Notes: generated by a model from the sequence alone, not told the origin. Shown: positions 34,522-44,607, numbered from the stretch's first letter. The stretch: DNA of 64,000 nucleotides from a virus (IMGVR_UViG_3300021958_010858:2982-66981), one strand, 5' to 3'. Made by a program: numbers and translations.

Positions 34522-35814
34522 TTATTTTTTTCTTTTTTTAATTCTTGAGCGTTCCATTTCTTCTGTGGAATCTTTTGGTGTGTCAATACCTGTTGCAATT
34601 ATTTTATATGCGGGTTCTTGTTTTTTTTTAATATTTTTTTGCTTTTCCACTATGTAAACGGGAGGTTTTTCTTTTGTTGAGAAAATTTCTTTCTCTCCGT
34701 CTTTCTCCTTATGGTTCTCTTTCTCTTTCTCTTGTATCGTGTTGATCTTTGACACCCTGATAGAAGAAGTTGCGGCTAAAAGCATTAATACTGCAAGCGG
34801 ATCAAATACAAACATTATAATAGTTGTAATCATTCTAACCGCCGAATCGTTTTCTAGGTCAACTATTCCGAACTCTCGTAGTATCTCTGCAACATATTTT
34901 ACTGGACCAATTTCTGCCTCAATTTCAGAAAGGCTATCTTTTTCATCAAACTTTCGCAGCTCAAGTTCTTCTATTCCGTTTTGTATCGATTTTATTTTCA
35001 AGCTAGAATCTTCAATCAGTTCGTCTAGCTCGGTTTGACTTGCGAGATCTTTGTTTTGGTAGCTATCTATTTTGTCTCTTATCTTTTTTATTTCTTCCGC
35101 AGAAGAAACTCTATGGTTGTTTATGGCTGTTTCGTATTTCGCCATCTTGTCTTTAATCTCTTGTCTTTCTGCGGCTTGAGTTTCTTTGAGTTCTGCAAGC
35201 TTCTTTTTCTTGTTTGAGAACAAGCCTCCACCTTGTGATTCTATGAGTGCGACTTCTGCATCAAGCTCTTTGCGCCGCTCTGTTAATTTGTCGATGTAGC
35301 CCTGCTCAATTTTAATGTTTTTGTCCAAGGATTCCTCGATGCTCTTGATTTTATCTTCTTCTCTATCAAAATTTACATCTGTTCGGGATGTAAAGTCTTG
35401 AAGGCGTTCTTTTGCTTGAATTATTGATTCATTGAGCCTCTTAATCTCAATATTTTCTCTTTCTATTTTATTGTCTATCTGGGATATGGTTGCCGCAACC
35501 TTTTGTGATTGCCTCTCGTGTTCTATGTGCGCCTTACTGAGGTACCCAAAGATACCCATGCTTGTTATTCCTATTAATACTATGACTGCGGCAGTAAGGT
35601 ATGATTTAAGAAAGAAGCTTGTTTTTTTCCAGTTGGCATGTAACCATACCGCGGTTACAAGTTTTGCTGCTTCGAGGACCGAACCCATAATTATTACAGA
35701 CCAAAAGGCTCCAGAAAAAATTACAGATAATCCGATAATGCTGAATATTCCAGCTACTAGTGAAATGCTAATTGCTGACGCAAAAAGCAGATAAGGTAAT
35801 ATGTTCGTCTTCAT
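34522..35814 (-). CDS. multi-TM membrane protein with long coiled coil
   Basis: three N-terminal TM helices, SMGIFGYLSKAH, EIGPVKYVA, FVFDPLAV. Confidence 0.7.
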   Translation of the reverse strand: MKTNILPYLLFASAISISLVAGIFSIIGLSVIFSGAFWSVIIMGSVLEAAKLVTAVWLHANWKKTSFFLKSYLTAAVIVLIGITSMGIFGYLSKAHIEHERQSQKVAATISQIDNKIERENIEIKRLNESIIQAKERLQDFTSRTDVNFDREEDKIKSIEESLDKNIKIEQGYIDKLTERRKELDAEVALIESQGGGLFSNKKKKLAELKETQAAERQEIKDKMAKYETAINNHRVSSAEEIKKIRDKIDSYQNKDLASQTELDELIEDSSLKIKSIQNGIEELELRKFDEKDSLSEIEAEIGPVKYVAEILREFGIVDLENDSAVRMITTIIMFVFDPLAVLMLLAATSSIRVSKINTIQEKEKENHKEKDGEKEIFSTKEKPPVYIVEKQKNIKKKQEPAYKIIATGIDTPKDSTEEMERSRIKKRKK

Positions 35815-37649
35815 GTGTGTGGTGTACAGGTTATTATTGTTTTATAGTAATCTAAATTTTTTACCGACAGCTTCCAGTTTTTATGTTCTGCAAATTTTGG
35901 CCATGGATTTTCTAGAGCCCACTTTCTGTTTTTCATTGTTTCTTCAAAAAGAATCTTGCCCAATTCTTCGTCGGTTGAATCCTTCGCAACTTCTGTAAAC
36001 TCTTCTTGTCCAGAGGAGCGCTCGATATTTTTCGTGACAAGGTGATGAATCTTGTTGTTGTCTATATACTTTTCATCTAAGCCTTTTTGAATTAACCTTC
36101 CGTAAAGATCGTCATCGTCCCATCCGTAGGAGGTTATTCCTTCGTGATATCCATTAACTTCGTGAAAATCTTTTGTTTTGCATAAGAGTTGTCCATTTAA
36201 ATGTAGCTCGTTGTCTGTTCTTGCTACCCTCCAACTTCCGTGGTAAAATTCTACGCCGTTCAATAAATGAGAAGTAAAAAAATCAGGAGTAATCAAAACG
36301 TCCGCGTCTATTTTTGCCAAAGAATCATAACTAATAAATTTGGATCCCAAATTGAATGCCCAGCTTAATACCCATCTCTCTTGTCCCTCTGCTCTTATTA
36401 TTTTTATTTTTTTTCCGTTCGTGTATTCTGGTATAATGTCTTCTACCTTTTCTTCGGAGCTCCAGTCTACTATCACGATTTCATCTACGCTTGGGCACGC
36501 CAGCCAGGTTGGTAGCGCGATTTTTAGGTTTTTATTTCGGTTCATGCAGCAAGTTAAAATAGAAAATCCTGGATTAAACTTTGTCTTCCTGCAATTTATT
36601 TCTCTGGTTGTTTGGGTTTCTTTTAAGCTTCCAAAAGCTATTTCTGGTCGATCTGTTTCTACTACATTCATTTTTACTCTATTTAGTTGGCTGGCGATTC
36701 TCGAAAAAGAACTGAATTTTGTTCCATATATTCTTTTCGTTCTTGAAAGTAGCCACATATCACACATGGCGGCAAGTTGCCCTTGTTTTTCCGCCTTGAA
36801 TGAACTGTCTACAAATTTTTTTTCGTGATAAATTAGTTTGTCTTGGTAGCGTTTTTTGAACCGCTCTAGCGTGTTTTCATCATCAGTTGTAAGAAAAATT
36901 TTTGCGTCTGGATTGTTTTTTAATTCAATGTCCACTATAGATTCAAAATCCGCTTGTGTGGATCGTAGGTATTGTTTTTTATTTGGATTTTTTTCTGATA
37001 CTGCGTCGCCCCTGCGAATATGTAAACCAAACGTATGCTGTTGTTCGATTTTTTCTAAAGTCGGCGCAATCTGTAAAAAAAGGTTGCCGTTTATTTGAAC
37101 CTCTGACATGTTTCTCAAAAAACGCCTCCACCAGTCTGGCACATATGCCTGAACGAGGCTTATCCAGAATGCCCACGGCATGAAATTTGTACATTGTACT
37201 GTCATGCGCTGGTGTTCTCCTTTGAATATTTGTCTAATATATTCTGCTCTTTTTTTATTTTCTGGTCTTGGAACTGAAGATGATGCGTGGTCTATGTCGT
37301 TTTCGTAGACTCCAGCGATATGTTCGTCGATGTTGAAAGACTGTTTTCTGTATTTTTCCCACTCTGCTCTGCCTATTAAATTAACATTAATTGACGCTGG
37401 ATCAATGAGATGTTCGATCTTGGTATCGTCAAATCCTGGCCCAGTCTCCCATAAAACATAAACTGGTAAATCCAATACGTCTCCTATTATCTTGAATGAG
37501 AGCAATGCTCTCAGGCGATTTCCTAGTCCGTTTTGGGGTCGAATCAATAAATATCTATCGGGCAAAATTTTTTTCTTTTTTAATATGCTTGCTATAGATA
37601 CTTGTGAAAATGTCGAACCAAGTGCTTTAAATATTGTCTTAAAAGGCAT
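35811..37649 (-). CDS. two-domain glycosyltransferase (O-fucosyltransferase-like + GT2/GT7-like)
   Basis: NGLGNRL, GLHIRRGD, FLTTDD, SSFS; then KIDADV and YGWDDDDL. Confidence 0.8.
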   Translation of the reverse strand: MPFKTIFKALGSTFSQVSIASILKKKKILPDRYLLIRPQNGLGNRLRALLSFKIIGDVLDLPVYVLWETGPGFDDTKIEHLIDPASINVNLIGRAEWEKYRKQSFNIDEHIAGVYENDIDHASSSVPRPENKKRAEYIRQIFKGEHQRMTVQCTNFMPWAFWISLVQAYVPDWWRRFLRNMSEVQINGNLFLQIAPTLEKIEQQHTFGLHIRRGDAVSEKNPNKKQYLRSTQADFESIVDIELKNNPDAKIFLTTDDENTLERFKKRYQDKLIYHEKKFVDSSFKAEKQGQLAAMCDMWLLSRTKRIYGTKFSSFSRIASQLNRVKMNVVETDRPEIAFGSLKETQTTREINCRKTKFNPGFSILTCCMNRNKNLKIALPTWLACPSVDEIVIVDWSSEEKVEDIIPEYTNGKKIKIIRAEGQERWVLSWAFNLGSKFISYDSLAKIDADVLITPDFFTSHLLNGVEFYHGSWRVARTDNELHLNGQLLCKTKDFHEVNGYHEGITSYGWDDDDLYGRLIQKGLDEKYIDNNKIHHLVTKNIERSSGQEEFTEVAKDSTDEELGKILFEETMKNRKWALENPWPKFAEHKNWKLSVKNLDYYKTIITCTPHT

Positions 37650-37653
37650 ATTA

Positions 37654-37663
37654 TATAATACAC
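37654..37663 (-). promoter_or_regulatory. GTGTA-type upstream motif
   Basis: GTGTATTATATAAT-ATG. Confidence 0.5.
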
Positions 37664-37669
37664 TTTAAG

Positions 37670-38794
37670 TTACATAATTAAATTTTTTGAATACTTTATT
37701 TTTAATTTTTTAAAGGCATTAATATAAACTTGTGATAATTTTTTTCTATTTTCGTCAAACTCTTTTCCAGAGAAAGTAGTTTCTTTAAATATTTGTTCTG
37801 GAGTTTTGTTGATTGAATCTCTTAAATCGCAAAAGGGTATTTTGTGCATTGCACATAATTCATTGACTCTTCCGTCATGTATCGCGCATATCGTAGGAAG
37901 CTCTGAGGCTATAGATATCATTGCTCCGTGTATCCTTGGGGTCAAAACATGCCCTTTTGAGCTTTCAAGAAAAGATTTTAGCTCGTTTGGTGATACAAAT
38001 ACATTATATTTATCTTTAGATTCTCCTTTTGCAAGGCTGGCTAGGTTTTTAATTTCTTTATCTACTGACTGGTCTCCTGCACTGGAAAATAAATTCCACA
38101 TTGTTCCATCGCAGCCATTAACCATAATATGGTCTGCTGTAGTCGTCATTTTTTTATATAATGTATTTAACGATGGTTCTGCATGGGATAATTGGCTGAA
38201 ATATATTAGCTTTTCGATTTTGCCTTGCATTTTTGCCTCTATTATTTCTCCTAAATTTTTCTTGCCATTTAAAAATAGAGATTGGCATCCTGTGATGTGA
38301 ATGTTTTTTTTGATTCCATTGTCAAATAGGGATTTTTTTGTAGTCTCTCCCCTGATCAAGAGGTGATTGCCTTTATCGACGAACCGTAGGAAAAAGTCTC
38401 TTAGGCTTTTGGGCATAGTGGGAATTTTGCCATCTAGATTTGTTTGTGCTCCAAGTCCAAACAAGACTACTGGTACAGAAGAGCTTTCTGAGAGATTTAA
38501 AACTCCATTTATCCAAAGCTGTTCGTTGCCATCGATCATATTTGCAACTGTCATCACCAAGAGCTTGCAGGAGGAATTTATTTCTTTAGGGTCGGTTCCA
38601 GTATGCACGAACTTAATTTTTTCATCTATTGTTTTGAGCGCGGCAAGTCGATGAACTATGTTTCCAGTATTATTCCCAGAGAATTTTTTGACGTGATTAA
38701 AGCTCCAGCCCGAGGAGTCTAGAGTATTATTGTATAACTGCTCCCATTCGAGAGCGTTTTCTTCGTTGTCGCATATAAAACCTACGCTTTTCAT
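37670..38794 (-). CDS. polysaccharide pyruvyl transferase family protein
   Basis: NTGNIV, FGLGAQ, IRGE.T, TGCQS, PRIHG.MI, D.R..EL. Confidence 0.8.
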   Translation of the reverse strand: MKSVGFICDNEENALEWEQLYNNTLDSSGWSFNHVKKFSGNNTGNIVHRLAALKTIDEKIKFVHTGTDPKEINSSCKLLVMTVANMIDGNEQLWINGVLNLSESSSVPVVLFGLGAQTNLDGKIPTMPKSLRDFFLRFVDKGNHLLIRGETTKKSLFDNGIKKNIHITGCQSLFLNGKKNLGEIIEAKMQGKIEKLIYFSQLSHAEPSLNTLYKKMTTTADHIMVNGCDGTMWNLFSSAGDQSVDKEIKNLASLAKGESKDKYNVFVSPNELKSFLESSKGHVLTPRIHGAMISIASELPTICAIHDGRVNELCAMHKIPFCDLRDSINKTPEQIFKETTFSGKEFDENRKKLSQVYINAFKKLKIKYSKNLIM

Positions 38795-38795
38795 T

Positions 38796-40595
38796 TTATT
38801 TTTCGTTAATTATAATTATATTTTCATTGTTAATGCTTGCTATTCTATCGTAAAACATATCAAACATTTCATAATCTTTTAATCCTAGAAAATTCGACAT
38901 ATGTTTAGGGGTGTCTATATTGATGGCGCCGAAATTTGATTCGACAATGAAAGATTTTTTTTCGTTTGCTTTTTTAAATTCATATAATTTGAACGAGTCC
39001 AGGTCCTGGTATTTTATAAAATCTACCCCGCTGAAATAGTTATTTATCTTTACGATTAAATAGAATAATTTATTGGCGAATCCGTTAGATTTTACCATAC
39101 TATATCCCTCCGAACAATTTTGGTCATAGGAATCATCATCCAGGGACAATGTGCTTTTTGTCCGAAATAATAAAAAATTTTCAATGTAATTATAGTTTCT
39201 GATAACTAGCAAAAATAATTTAAAAGTGTAATAGCATTGTTCATAATGGCTATAATGGGGGTATCTAAAGCCGAATTCAGTGATTAGCAGTTTTAGATTA
39301 TATTTCTTACAAATATCTATAATGTCTTCAAAATGCTTCTCCATATTCTGCGGGTCATATGTATAAAGATGTACTGATATAAACTCTAATAAATTTAATT
39401 GGTCTTTGAATAAATGAATGTAATTTGAAATATAATTCGAATGGTCGGTTGGGAATGTATGTGTATTTAAACCCACGATGCTAAAATTAAATTTCTTTGC
39501 GCATTCTATTTGCATATCCGTCATTGCCTTTAATGTTTCTAGATCGTCTGCATATTCATACCCTATCGAACTTTCATTCCAAACTTCAATATAGACTTTT
39601 CCTTTTATTCCGTTGCTGTTTATCGTTTTGAATATTGAATTTATTAAACTTTTATATTTGTCGTAGTCGTATGGGCCATACTTATGAAAATTATTTTTAC
39701 TCTTGTTCTTGGACAGCCAAATTGGCATTTTTTTAAAACAAAATATAAAATTATTATTTAGCATGTCTTTGTCTACCAGGCTGGGGTTATACTTACCCCC
39801 AAAACTTAAGTCTTCTTTGTAGGCAGACAGGTCAATCATTTTTCTATGGTTCTTGATATTGAGATTTTTGTTGTAGAATGTGGCGGCGTAATCCGAGATG
39901 CCGAATTTAGATAAGCATTTTATATTTTTATATTCTTCGTCTAGAATTATAAAATAATATTTAAATGTTTTTGACTCGCTATGTATACGTAATTCGTATT
40001 GACCAGGGAAAAACTCACCTTTTACCCAGACATCTTTCCTGATTGGGTTGAAGTTGTCGGTCTTTATTAAGTGGTTGTTCTTGTATATTTCGTATTTAAG
40101 CAAGTTTATAGGGCTAGTTATGTGAGCCTTAAAGTATTTATTTTTAAATACATTTTTAAAAATATTATCTGACTTAAAATCTATAGAGGGGCTTTGCGTT
40201 TTTGGTAAATCTTTATTTTTACAAAATCCTAAACTGCAATATAGGTTCGTATCTCGTTCAGCCATACCTCTCGAGCGGAGACAAATGCTTGTTATTTTTT
40301 TAAGCTTGTTGCTAAACCATTTTAAATTGAGGTGAAAAGCTATATCTTTATTATAAACACCTCTTGGCAAAAAGTCTTTAAAGTTGCCGTATTTAAAAAG
40401 ACTTAATTGTTTTCCGTCATATAATTCAATCTGGGGATATATACGATCATAAGTGCTCAGCGAGGCCTCCAGTGCATCATAACTAATTTTAAAAGTAATA
40501 TTTAATTCGTCGTTCCATGGAATAGGTTCTGCAAAATTATGCTCAAGGGCTGACGTCTTCCCTTTTTTGACGTCCATGTTAAATTCTATATTCAT
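38796..40595 (-). CDS. clan GH-A glycoside hydrolase (GH39/GH5-like)
   Basis: EVWNE acid/base, FISVHLY, LITEFG nucleophile. Confidence 0.7.
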   Translation of the reverse strand: MNIEFNMDVKKGKTSALEHNFAEPIPWNDELNITFKISYDALEASLSTYDRIYPQIELYDGKQLSLFKYGNFKDFLPRGVYNKDIAFHLNLKWFSNKLKKITSICLRSRGMAERDTNLYCSLGFCKNKDLPKTQSPSIDFKSDNIFKNVFKNKYFKAHITSPINLLKYEIYKNNHLIKTDNFNPIRKDVWVKGEFFPGQYELRIHSESKTFKYYFIILDEEYKNIKCLSKFGISDYAATFYNKNLNIKNHRKMIDLSAYKEDLSFGGKYNPSLVDKDMLNNNFIFCFKKMPIWLSKNKSKNNFHKYGPYDYDKYKSLINSIFKTINSNGIKGKVYIEVWNESSIGYEYADDLETLKAMTDMQIECAKKFNFSIVGLNTHTFPTDHSNYISNYIHLFKDQLNLLEFISVHLYTYDPQNMEKHFEDIIDICKKYNLKLLITEFGFRYPHYSHYEQCYYTFKLFLLVIRNYNYIENFLLFRTKSTLSLDDDSYDQNCSEGYSMVKSNGFANKLFYLIVKINNYFSGVDFIKYQDLDSFKLYEFKKANEKKSFIVESNFGAINIDTPKHMSNFLGLKDYEMFDMFYDRIASINNENIIIINEK

Positions 40596-40602
40596 TCCTC
40601 GA

Positions 40603-41610
40603 TCACTTATCTGGTAGCGTTATGTCTTTTTTATTGTTTATTGACTTGAGTATATCATGCTGCCATTCTTTGCACCCCCCCTGAAGGTGTAGGAAAGGCA
40701 CTTCTTTATCGTTGTAAAAATATGCACCTTCTTTGAGGGTTAGTTTTTTGCAGCCCATTCCTTGAAGCTGGAATGCTTGAGAGGGTAATATTAAGTTTTT
40801 ATATAATGGATCTTGTCTATAATTATTATAGCTATTCGCAAAACAGACATTTTTTATGGTAATGGGTAAATTTTTAGGTGTCGAGGGCTCTCTAACATAT
40901 TCGCAACGCCCTTCCCCTTTGTATTTCATAATGGGCTTATCTCGAACTTTCTCCGAGTTTGAAAAATCACCAATTAGCTGCATATCTGAAATGTGTATAT
41001 CTTTGCGATCATGTATCCGTTGAGCCATAGTCTCCATGCCTATTTTTTTAAGTTGAAAATATGTTTTTTGCCGCGCAACATCTGCAATTTCTCTTAACAC
41101 TGCAAATTTTTCTTCCTGCGTTAAGGAATATAGTTCTAAAATATAGTTTGCAAAATATTTTATGGCGCTTTGCTTCCAGAAACAGAGAAAGGGAACTGAT
41201 ACTATATTTGAATCTTTTATTAGGTCATATTTATTGTCATAAAATACATCTAGAGTTTTATCCGACAATACAAGAACGTCGCTATCTAGGTATAGCGCTT
41301 CTTGAATTCCGCGATTCTCCATAAACTTATGGAGTATTATCCATCTGTCAATGCAAAATTTTTCAAAACGAAACCTGCTCCACTGTTTCCAGGGCGCGGG
41401 AGAATAATTTACAAAATCACTATCAGGTATTCCAGAAAATTTATCATACCTTTCGAAATTAATTTTTAGCTCCTCTGCCGTTGCCCTGTTTTTTTCGTCC
41501 CCAATCAACCAAAAATTACAATTCGGGATTACTGCTAGCACTCTTTCTATGTTTGGGCGCAGGTAAGGGGCGGCTCCTCTATGTATCATTACTATATTTG
41601 GAGAATTCAT
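40603..41610 (-). CDS. GT-A-like glycosyltransferase
   Basis: RWIILH.FM, LYLDSDV, LHLQG. Confidence 0.6.
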   Translation of the reverse strand: MNSPNIVMIHRGAAPYLRPNIERVLAVIPNCNFWLIGDEKNRATAEELKINFERYDKFSGIPDSDFVNYSPAPWKQWSRFRFEKFCIDRWIILHKFMENRGIQEALYLDSDVLVLSDKTLDVFYDNKYDLIKDSNIVSVPFLCFWKQSAIKYFANYILELYSLTQEEKFAVLREIADVARQKTYFQLKKIGMETMAQRIHDRKDIHISDMQLIGDFSNSEKVRDKPIMKYKGEGRCEYVREPSTPKNLPITIKNVCFANSYNNYRQDPLYKNLILPSQAFQLQGMGCKKLTLKEGAYFYNDKEVPFLHLQGGCKEWQHDILKSINNKKDITLPDK

Positions 41611-41613
41611 TTT

Positions 41614-42165
41614 TTATTCTCCAAATTTGTAACCGAAATATTCAATATCTTTTGCATACCTTTTCGCAACTATATCACGAGTTTCATCATCGTAGTATTC
41701 GGTATAGTGTTTGTGTTCGCTTTTGTTTTTATGTGGAAGTTTCTGTTGAGGGATTCCAATTTTACCACAAATGATATCAAAGTCTTCTTGGAAGTTTCCG
41801 AATCTACCAATAAAATTTAATTTTACTTTGTTGTCGGAGTCTTCCAGGAAATCCAGGTCGGAAAGTGGGTTCTTGACAAGAGTGTACGCACTATGGGTTT
41901 TCATTCCCAGACGAACCCATTCATTGAAATCTTTAGTTTGATATTCATTTAATTTTGGATAGTTTTTTTTGTGAAACAGGTACCACGACACAGCTTTATC
42001 GAAAATATTACGTATAATCGTAAAGCTAAAATACTCATTTTTATTGGGATGAAATTTAAATGGGACGTGTTGCGGGCCTCCTTTTAATTCTAGCGCGGCC
42101 TCCACGCTTGTGCCTCCTGCTTTCGGGATATGAATAAAAATAAACTTGCGCTTGTGATCTATCAT
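41614..42165 (-). CDS. sulfotransferase (Sulfotransfer_2 family)
   Basis: FIFIHIPKAGGTS, FTIIRN..D..VSWY, Y.KDIE.FGY. Confidence 0.88.
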   Translation of the reverse strand: MIDHKRKFIFIHIPKAGGTSVEAALELKGGPQHVPFKFHPNKNEYFSFTIIRNIFDKAVSWYLFHKKNYPKLNEYQTKDFNEWVRLGMKTHSAYTLVKNPLSDLDFLEDSDNKVKLNFIGRFGNFQEDFDIICGKIGIPQQKLPHKNKSEHKHYTEYYDDETRDIVAKRYAKDIEYFGYKFGE

Positions 42166-42788
42166 AAATATTCAGCTTCGAAGTCTTCAACTGAAATTAG
42201 ATTCAGCCACTCTTTTCTATTTCTGTTTAAATTTTCGTAAGTTAATTCTAGCCCTTTAAGATCTAATAATTCTTGGGCACCTCTTTGGATTACCCCGCAC
42301 CCCAAGTCCGTGTCTACCACAAACATTTTCAGGTTTGGATTATGAGAACGAATGTTAACCCACGCCTTCCAGCAATCCCCAGTCCAGCCTGGTCCGACGT
42401 TAGCTTTTGGGACTGACTGCATATCCTTTGTTATCGGAGACATATCGTGGCAAACTATAAAACCCCCATGGTTCAAAAAGTTTAGGGAATTAATGATATC
42501 TTTCTTGACTTGATCTGCAATATGCAGGCCGTCGATAAAGATGACATCAAAGCTTTCTTTATTTTGTGCAAAGAACTTATCTGACTCCATTTTATACGTC
42601 GGCATATCACTTTCTTTTAGCAATTTCGCGCCATCGGACACACACGGATCAACTGAAACTTTGTGGCTGCATTTTCTTTTTTTAAAGCCTTTGGCATTGC
42701 CTATTCCTATTTCTAAATATGACTTTGCCTCTATTTTGTTAATTAGGGCTTGGATTACTTCGTGTCGTGGGATTTTTTTATTTTTCAT
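42162..42788 (-). CDS. class I SAM methyltransferase (Methyltransf_24-like)
   Basis: YLEIGIG, VDP, FDVIFIDGLH, GGFIVCHD. Confidence 0.85.
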   Translation of the reverse strand: MKNKKIPRHEVIQALINKIEAKSYLEIGIGNAKGFKKRKCSHKVSVDPCVSDGAKLLKESDMPTYKMESDKFFAQNKESFDVIFIDGLHIADQVKKDIINSLNFLNHGGFIVCHDMSPITKDMQSVPKANVGPGWTGDCWKAWVNIRSHNPNLKMFVVDTDLGCGVIQRGAQELLDLKGLELTYENLNRNRKEWLNLISVEDFEAEYL

Positions 42789-42822
42789 ATAATGATATTG
42801 TAAGATTGCCTACCTTTTTATA

Positions 42823-42835
42823 TACACTCTGTGTA
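42823..42835. promoter_or_regulatory. back-to-back GTGTA motifs (TACAC-TCT-GTGTA) between divergent genes
   Basis: inverted repeat in the gap between ATG 42788 (-) and ATG 42846 (+). Confidence 0.45.
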
Positions 42836-42845
42836 TGACTTTTGT

Positions 42846-43160
42846 ATGAATTTAATAATAGATTGCTCATTAACGGTTCCGCCGAGCGAAATTTATTGTT
42901 TTAGAGACGTAACATTATACGCAAAAACCTTTGTTTTCCAAGATATTTTGGTGCAATGCGAGAAAAATACCAGAAGCATGTATTGGAAGTGGCTAAAGGA
43001 TAATAGTATCCATGATTTCGTCTCGTACATGCTCAAGCCTTCTGAGCGGGAGAACGGCTTTAAAATTGCCCCTAGGGAGGCTAATTTAAACATAGATAGA
43101 ATAACAGCTGACAACTTGAATTTTGTAATATCTTGCATCTCTTCTGTTAAGAAGAGTTAA
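42846..43160 (+). CDS. hypothetical protein
   Basis: ORF track 42831-43160; ATG 42846 preferred. Confidence 0.6.
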   Translation: MNLIIDCSLTVPPSEIYCFRDVTLYAKTFVFQDILVQCEKNTRSMYWKWLKDNSIHDFVSYMLKPSERENGFKIAPREANLNIDRITADNLNFVISCISSVKKS

Positions 43161-43396
43161 AGATCGTGATATTTTTTCTCCCACCAAGGCTTATTTTTCG
43201 CTCTTTCTTTGAGATAATTAATTATTAATTCTCTTATCGCTTGGCTTTCTACGCAGCTTTTTATATACTCCACTAATGGTTTGTTGTGTTTGTCTGCCCA
43301 TTCTGTCCATTCATTGTAGACCTCTTCTGTAATTCTTAGATTAATCTCTTTGAATTTTAATTTTTCATCTGGGTCGATATATTTTTTATTTTCCAT
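43157..43396 (-). CDS. ribbon-helix-helix-like DNA-binding protein
   Basis: INLRITEEVYNEW..WA...L.EYIK; preceded by GTGTAGTATATTAT. Confidence 0.5.
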   Translation of the reverse strand: MENKKYIDPDEKLKFKEINLRITEEVYNEWTEWADKHNKPLVEYIKSCVESQAIRELIINYLKERAKNKPWWEKKYHDL

Positions 43397-43415
43397 ATAA
43401 TATACTACACAAAAA

Positions 43416-43607
43416 ATGAAGAAACTTTGGTTAATATGGGCAAGAACTTTGGATCATAGGGTTGGTAAGACTGATGAAGACCAACCTGATATACCTATAC
43501 TGTCTTTAAAGGAGGCAAGATTTAGTTTGATCTTGAGAACAATAATTGTCGTATTAAATATGGTAACATGTGTATTTATTATAGCAAACATTATAAAAAA
43601 TTGGTAA
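43416..43607 (+). CDS. small phage-type membrane protein
   Basis: LW.IWA..L...LRTII..LN..T..FII.NII.NW. Confidence 0.65.
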   Translation: MKKLWLIWARTLDHRVGKTDEDQPDIPILSLKEARFSLILRTIIVVLNMVTCVFIIANIIKNW

Positions 43608-43608
43608 A

Positions 43609-43806
43609 ATGAACCTAAAACAATTACAATTTGAATTAATAAAAAAAGATAAACAGATCTCTGAACTGTATGCCCTGATAGATACTCTGCAGACCAATCT
43701 AAGAACCGCAATTTTTTATATCTCTGAAGAGGATAAGCCGAAGGTCACTGGTGTACAGAGTTACAAGTGGTGTACGAATTGGAAGCAGGGTGATGAAAAA
43801 GTATAA
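43609..43806 (+). CDS. small coiled-coil protein
   Basis: 65-aa tiled ORF. Confidence 0.55.
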   Translation: MNLKQLQFELIKKDKQISELYALIDTLQTNLRTAIFYISEEDKPKVTGVQSYKWCTNWKQGDEKV

Positions 43807-44218
43807 TCAAATAGATAAAAAAATATTAAAGTCTTTACCTAATCCAAGTGAGGGTGCCTATGAAATAAAAATTAAGGTTCCCGAGTTCACTTTTCTCGGA
43901 GTAAAAGAGCAGCCTGATTTTGCAAATGCATATCTTAGTTTTTATCCCAAAAATAAAATTATTGAATTAAAAAGTTTAAAGCAATATGTTTTTCATTTAA
44001 GAGATATTGTTGTGTCTTACGAGAGATTAATTAATATATTTTATGAAGATTTAATAGAGGTTTATGAGCCCGAACGATTGAGATTGGTCATGGTTTTTAA
44101 TCCACGGGGCGGAATATCTTCCAAATTGACTATTGATTCTGATTGGTCTGCGAGAGGCGGGTATGAGAAATTTAAAGATTGGATAGAAAAAGAAGAAGAG
44201 TGGAATGTTGTTATGTAA
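43793..44218 (+). CDS. queF: QueF-family T-fold protein lacking the catalytic Cys
   Basis: PEFT, QPDFA, ELKSLK.Y, F.PRGGIS; ATG 43793 preferred. Confidence 0.8.
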   Translation: MKKYNQIDKKILKSLPNPSEGAYEIKIKVPEFTFLGVKEQPDFANAYLSFYPKNKIIELKSLKQYVFHLRDIVVSYERLINIFYEDLIEVYEPERLRLVMVFNPRGGISSKLTIDSDWSARGGYEKFKDWIEKEEEWNVVM

Positions 44219-44607
44219 TGGACAAAAAAGATTTGCCCGATAGTTATGTTCCAAACGCTTACGCTTTACCTTATGGCAGTAATCTTTCTGCGCCTGTAAT
44301 TAAACCCGACCATAGTCTTGGGGGCTGGAAAGTTGGCGCAGTTCATTCTGCAAACAAACATTACGAAGAGCGTTTTGATAAATTAAAAAGAGAATTCGAG
44401 CAGCTTGTGGATGACGTTAAGTGGAACGAAATAATATTTAACGCAGAAATGAGAATGAAGCCTGTTATAGGTAACATATATCACCTATACAGAAAAGACT
44501 CTGGTGAATATTTTATGAGCTTGTTTGCCCCAAACGAATGCACATGGGGCGAAAAACATCAGGGCAGCTTTAGATTAAACTATGACAACCGCTGGGAAAA
44601 ACAATAA
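44218..44607 (+). CDS. DUF2452-like protein
   Basis: LPYGSNLSAP, KPVIG.IYHLY, L..P.E, GSFRL; TAATG overlap with queF. Confidence 0.7.
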   Translation: MDKKDLPDSYVPNAYALPYGSNLSAPVIKPDHSLGGWKVGAVHSANKHYEERFDKLKREFEQLVDDVKWNEIIFNAEMRMKPVIGNIYHLYRKDSGEYFMSLFAPNECTWGEKHQGSFRLNYDNRWEKQ

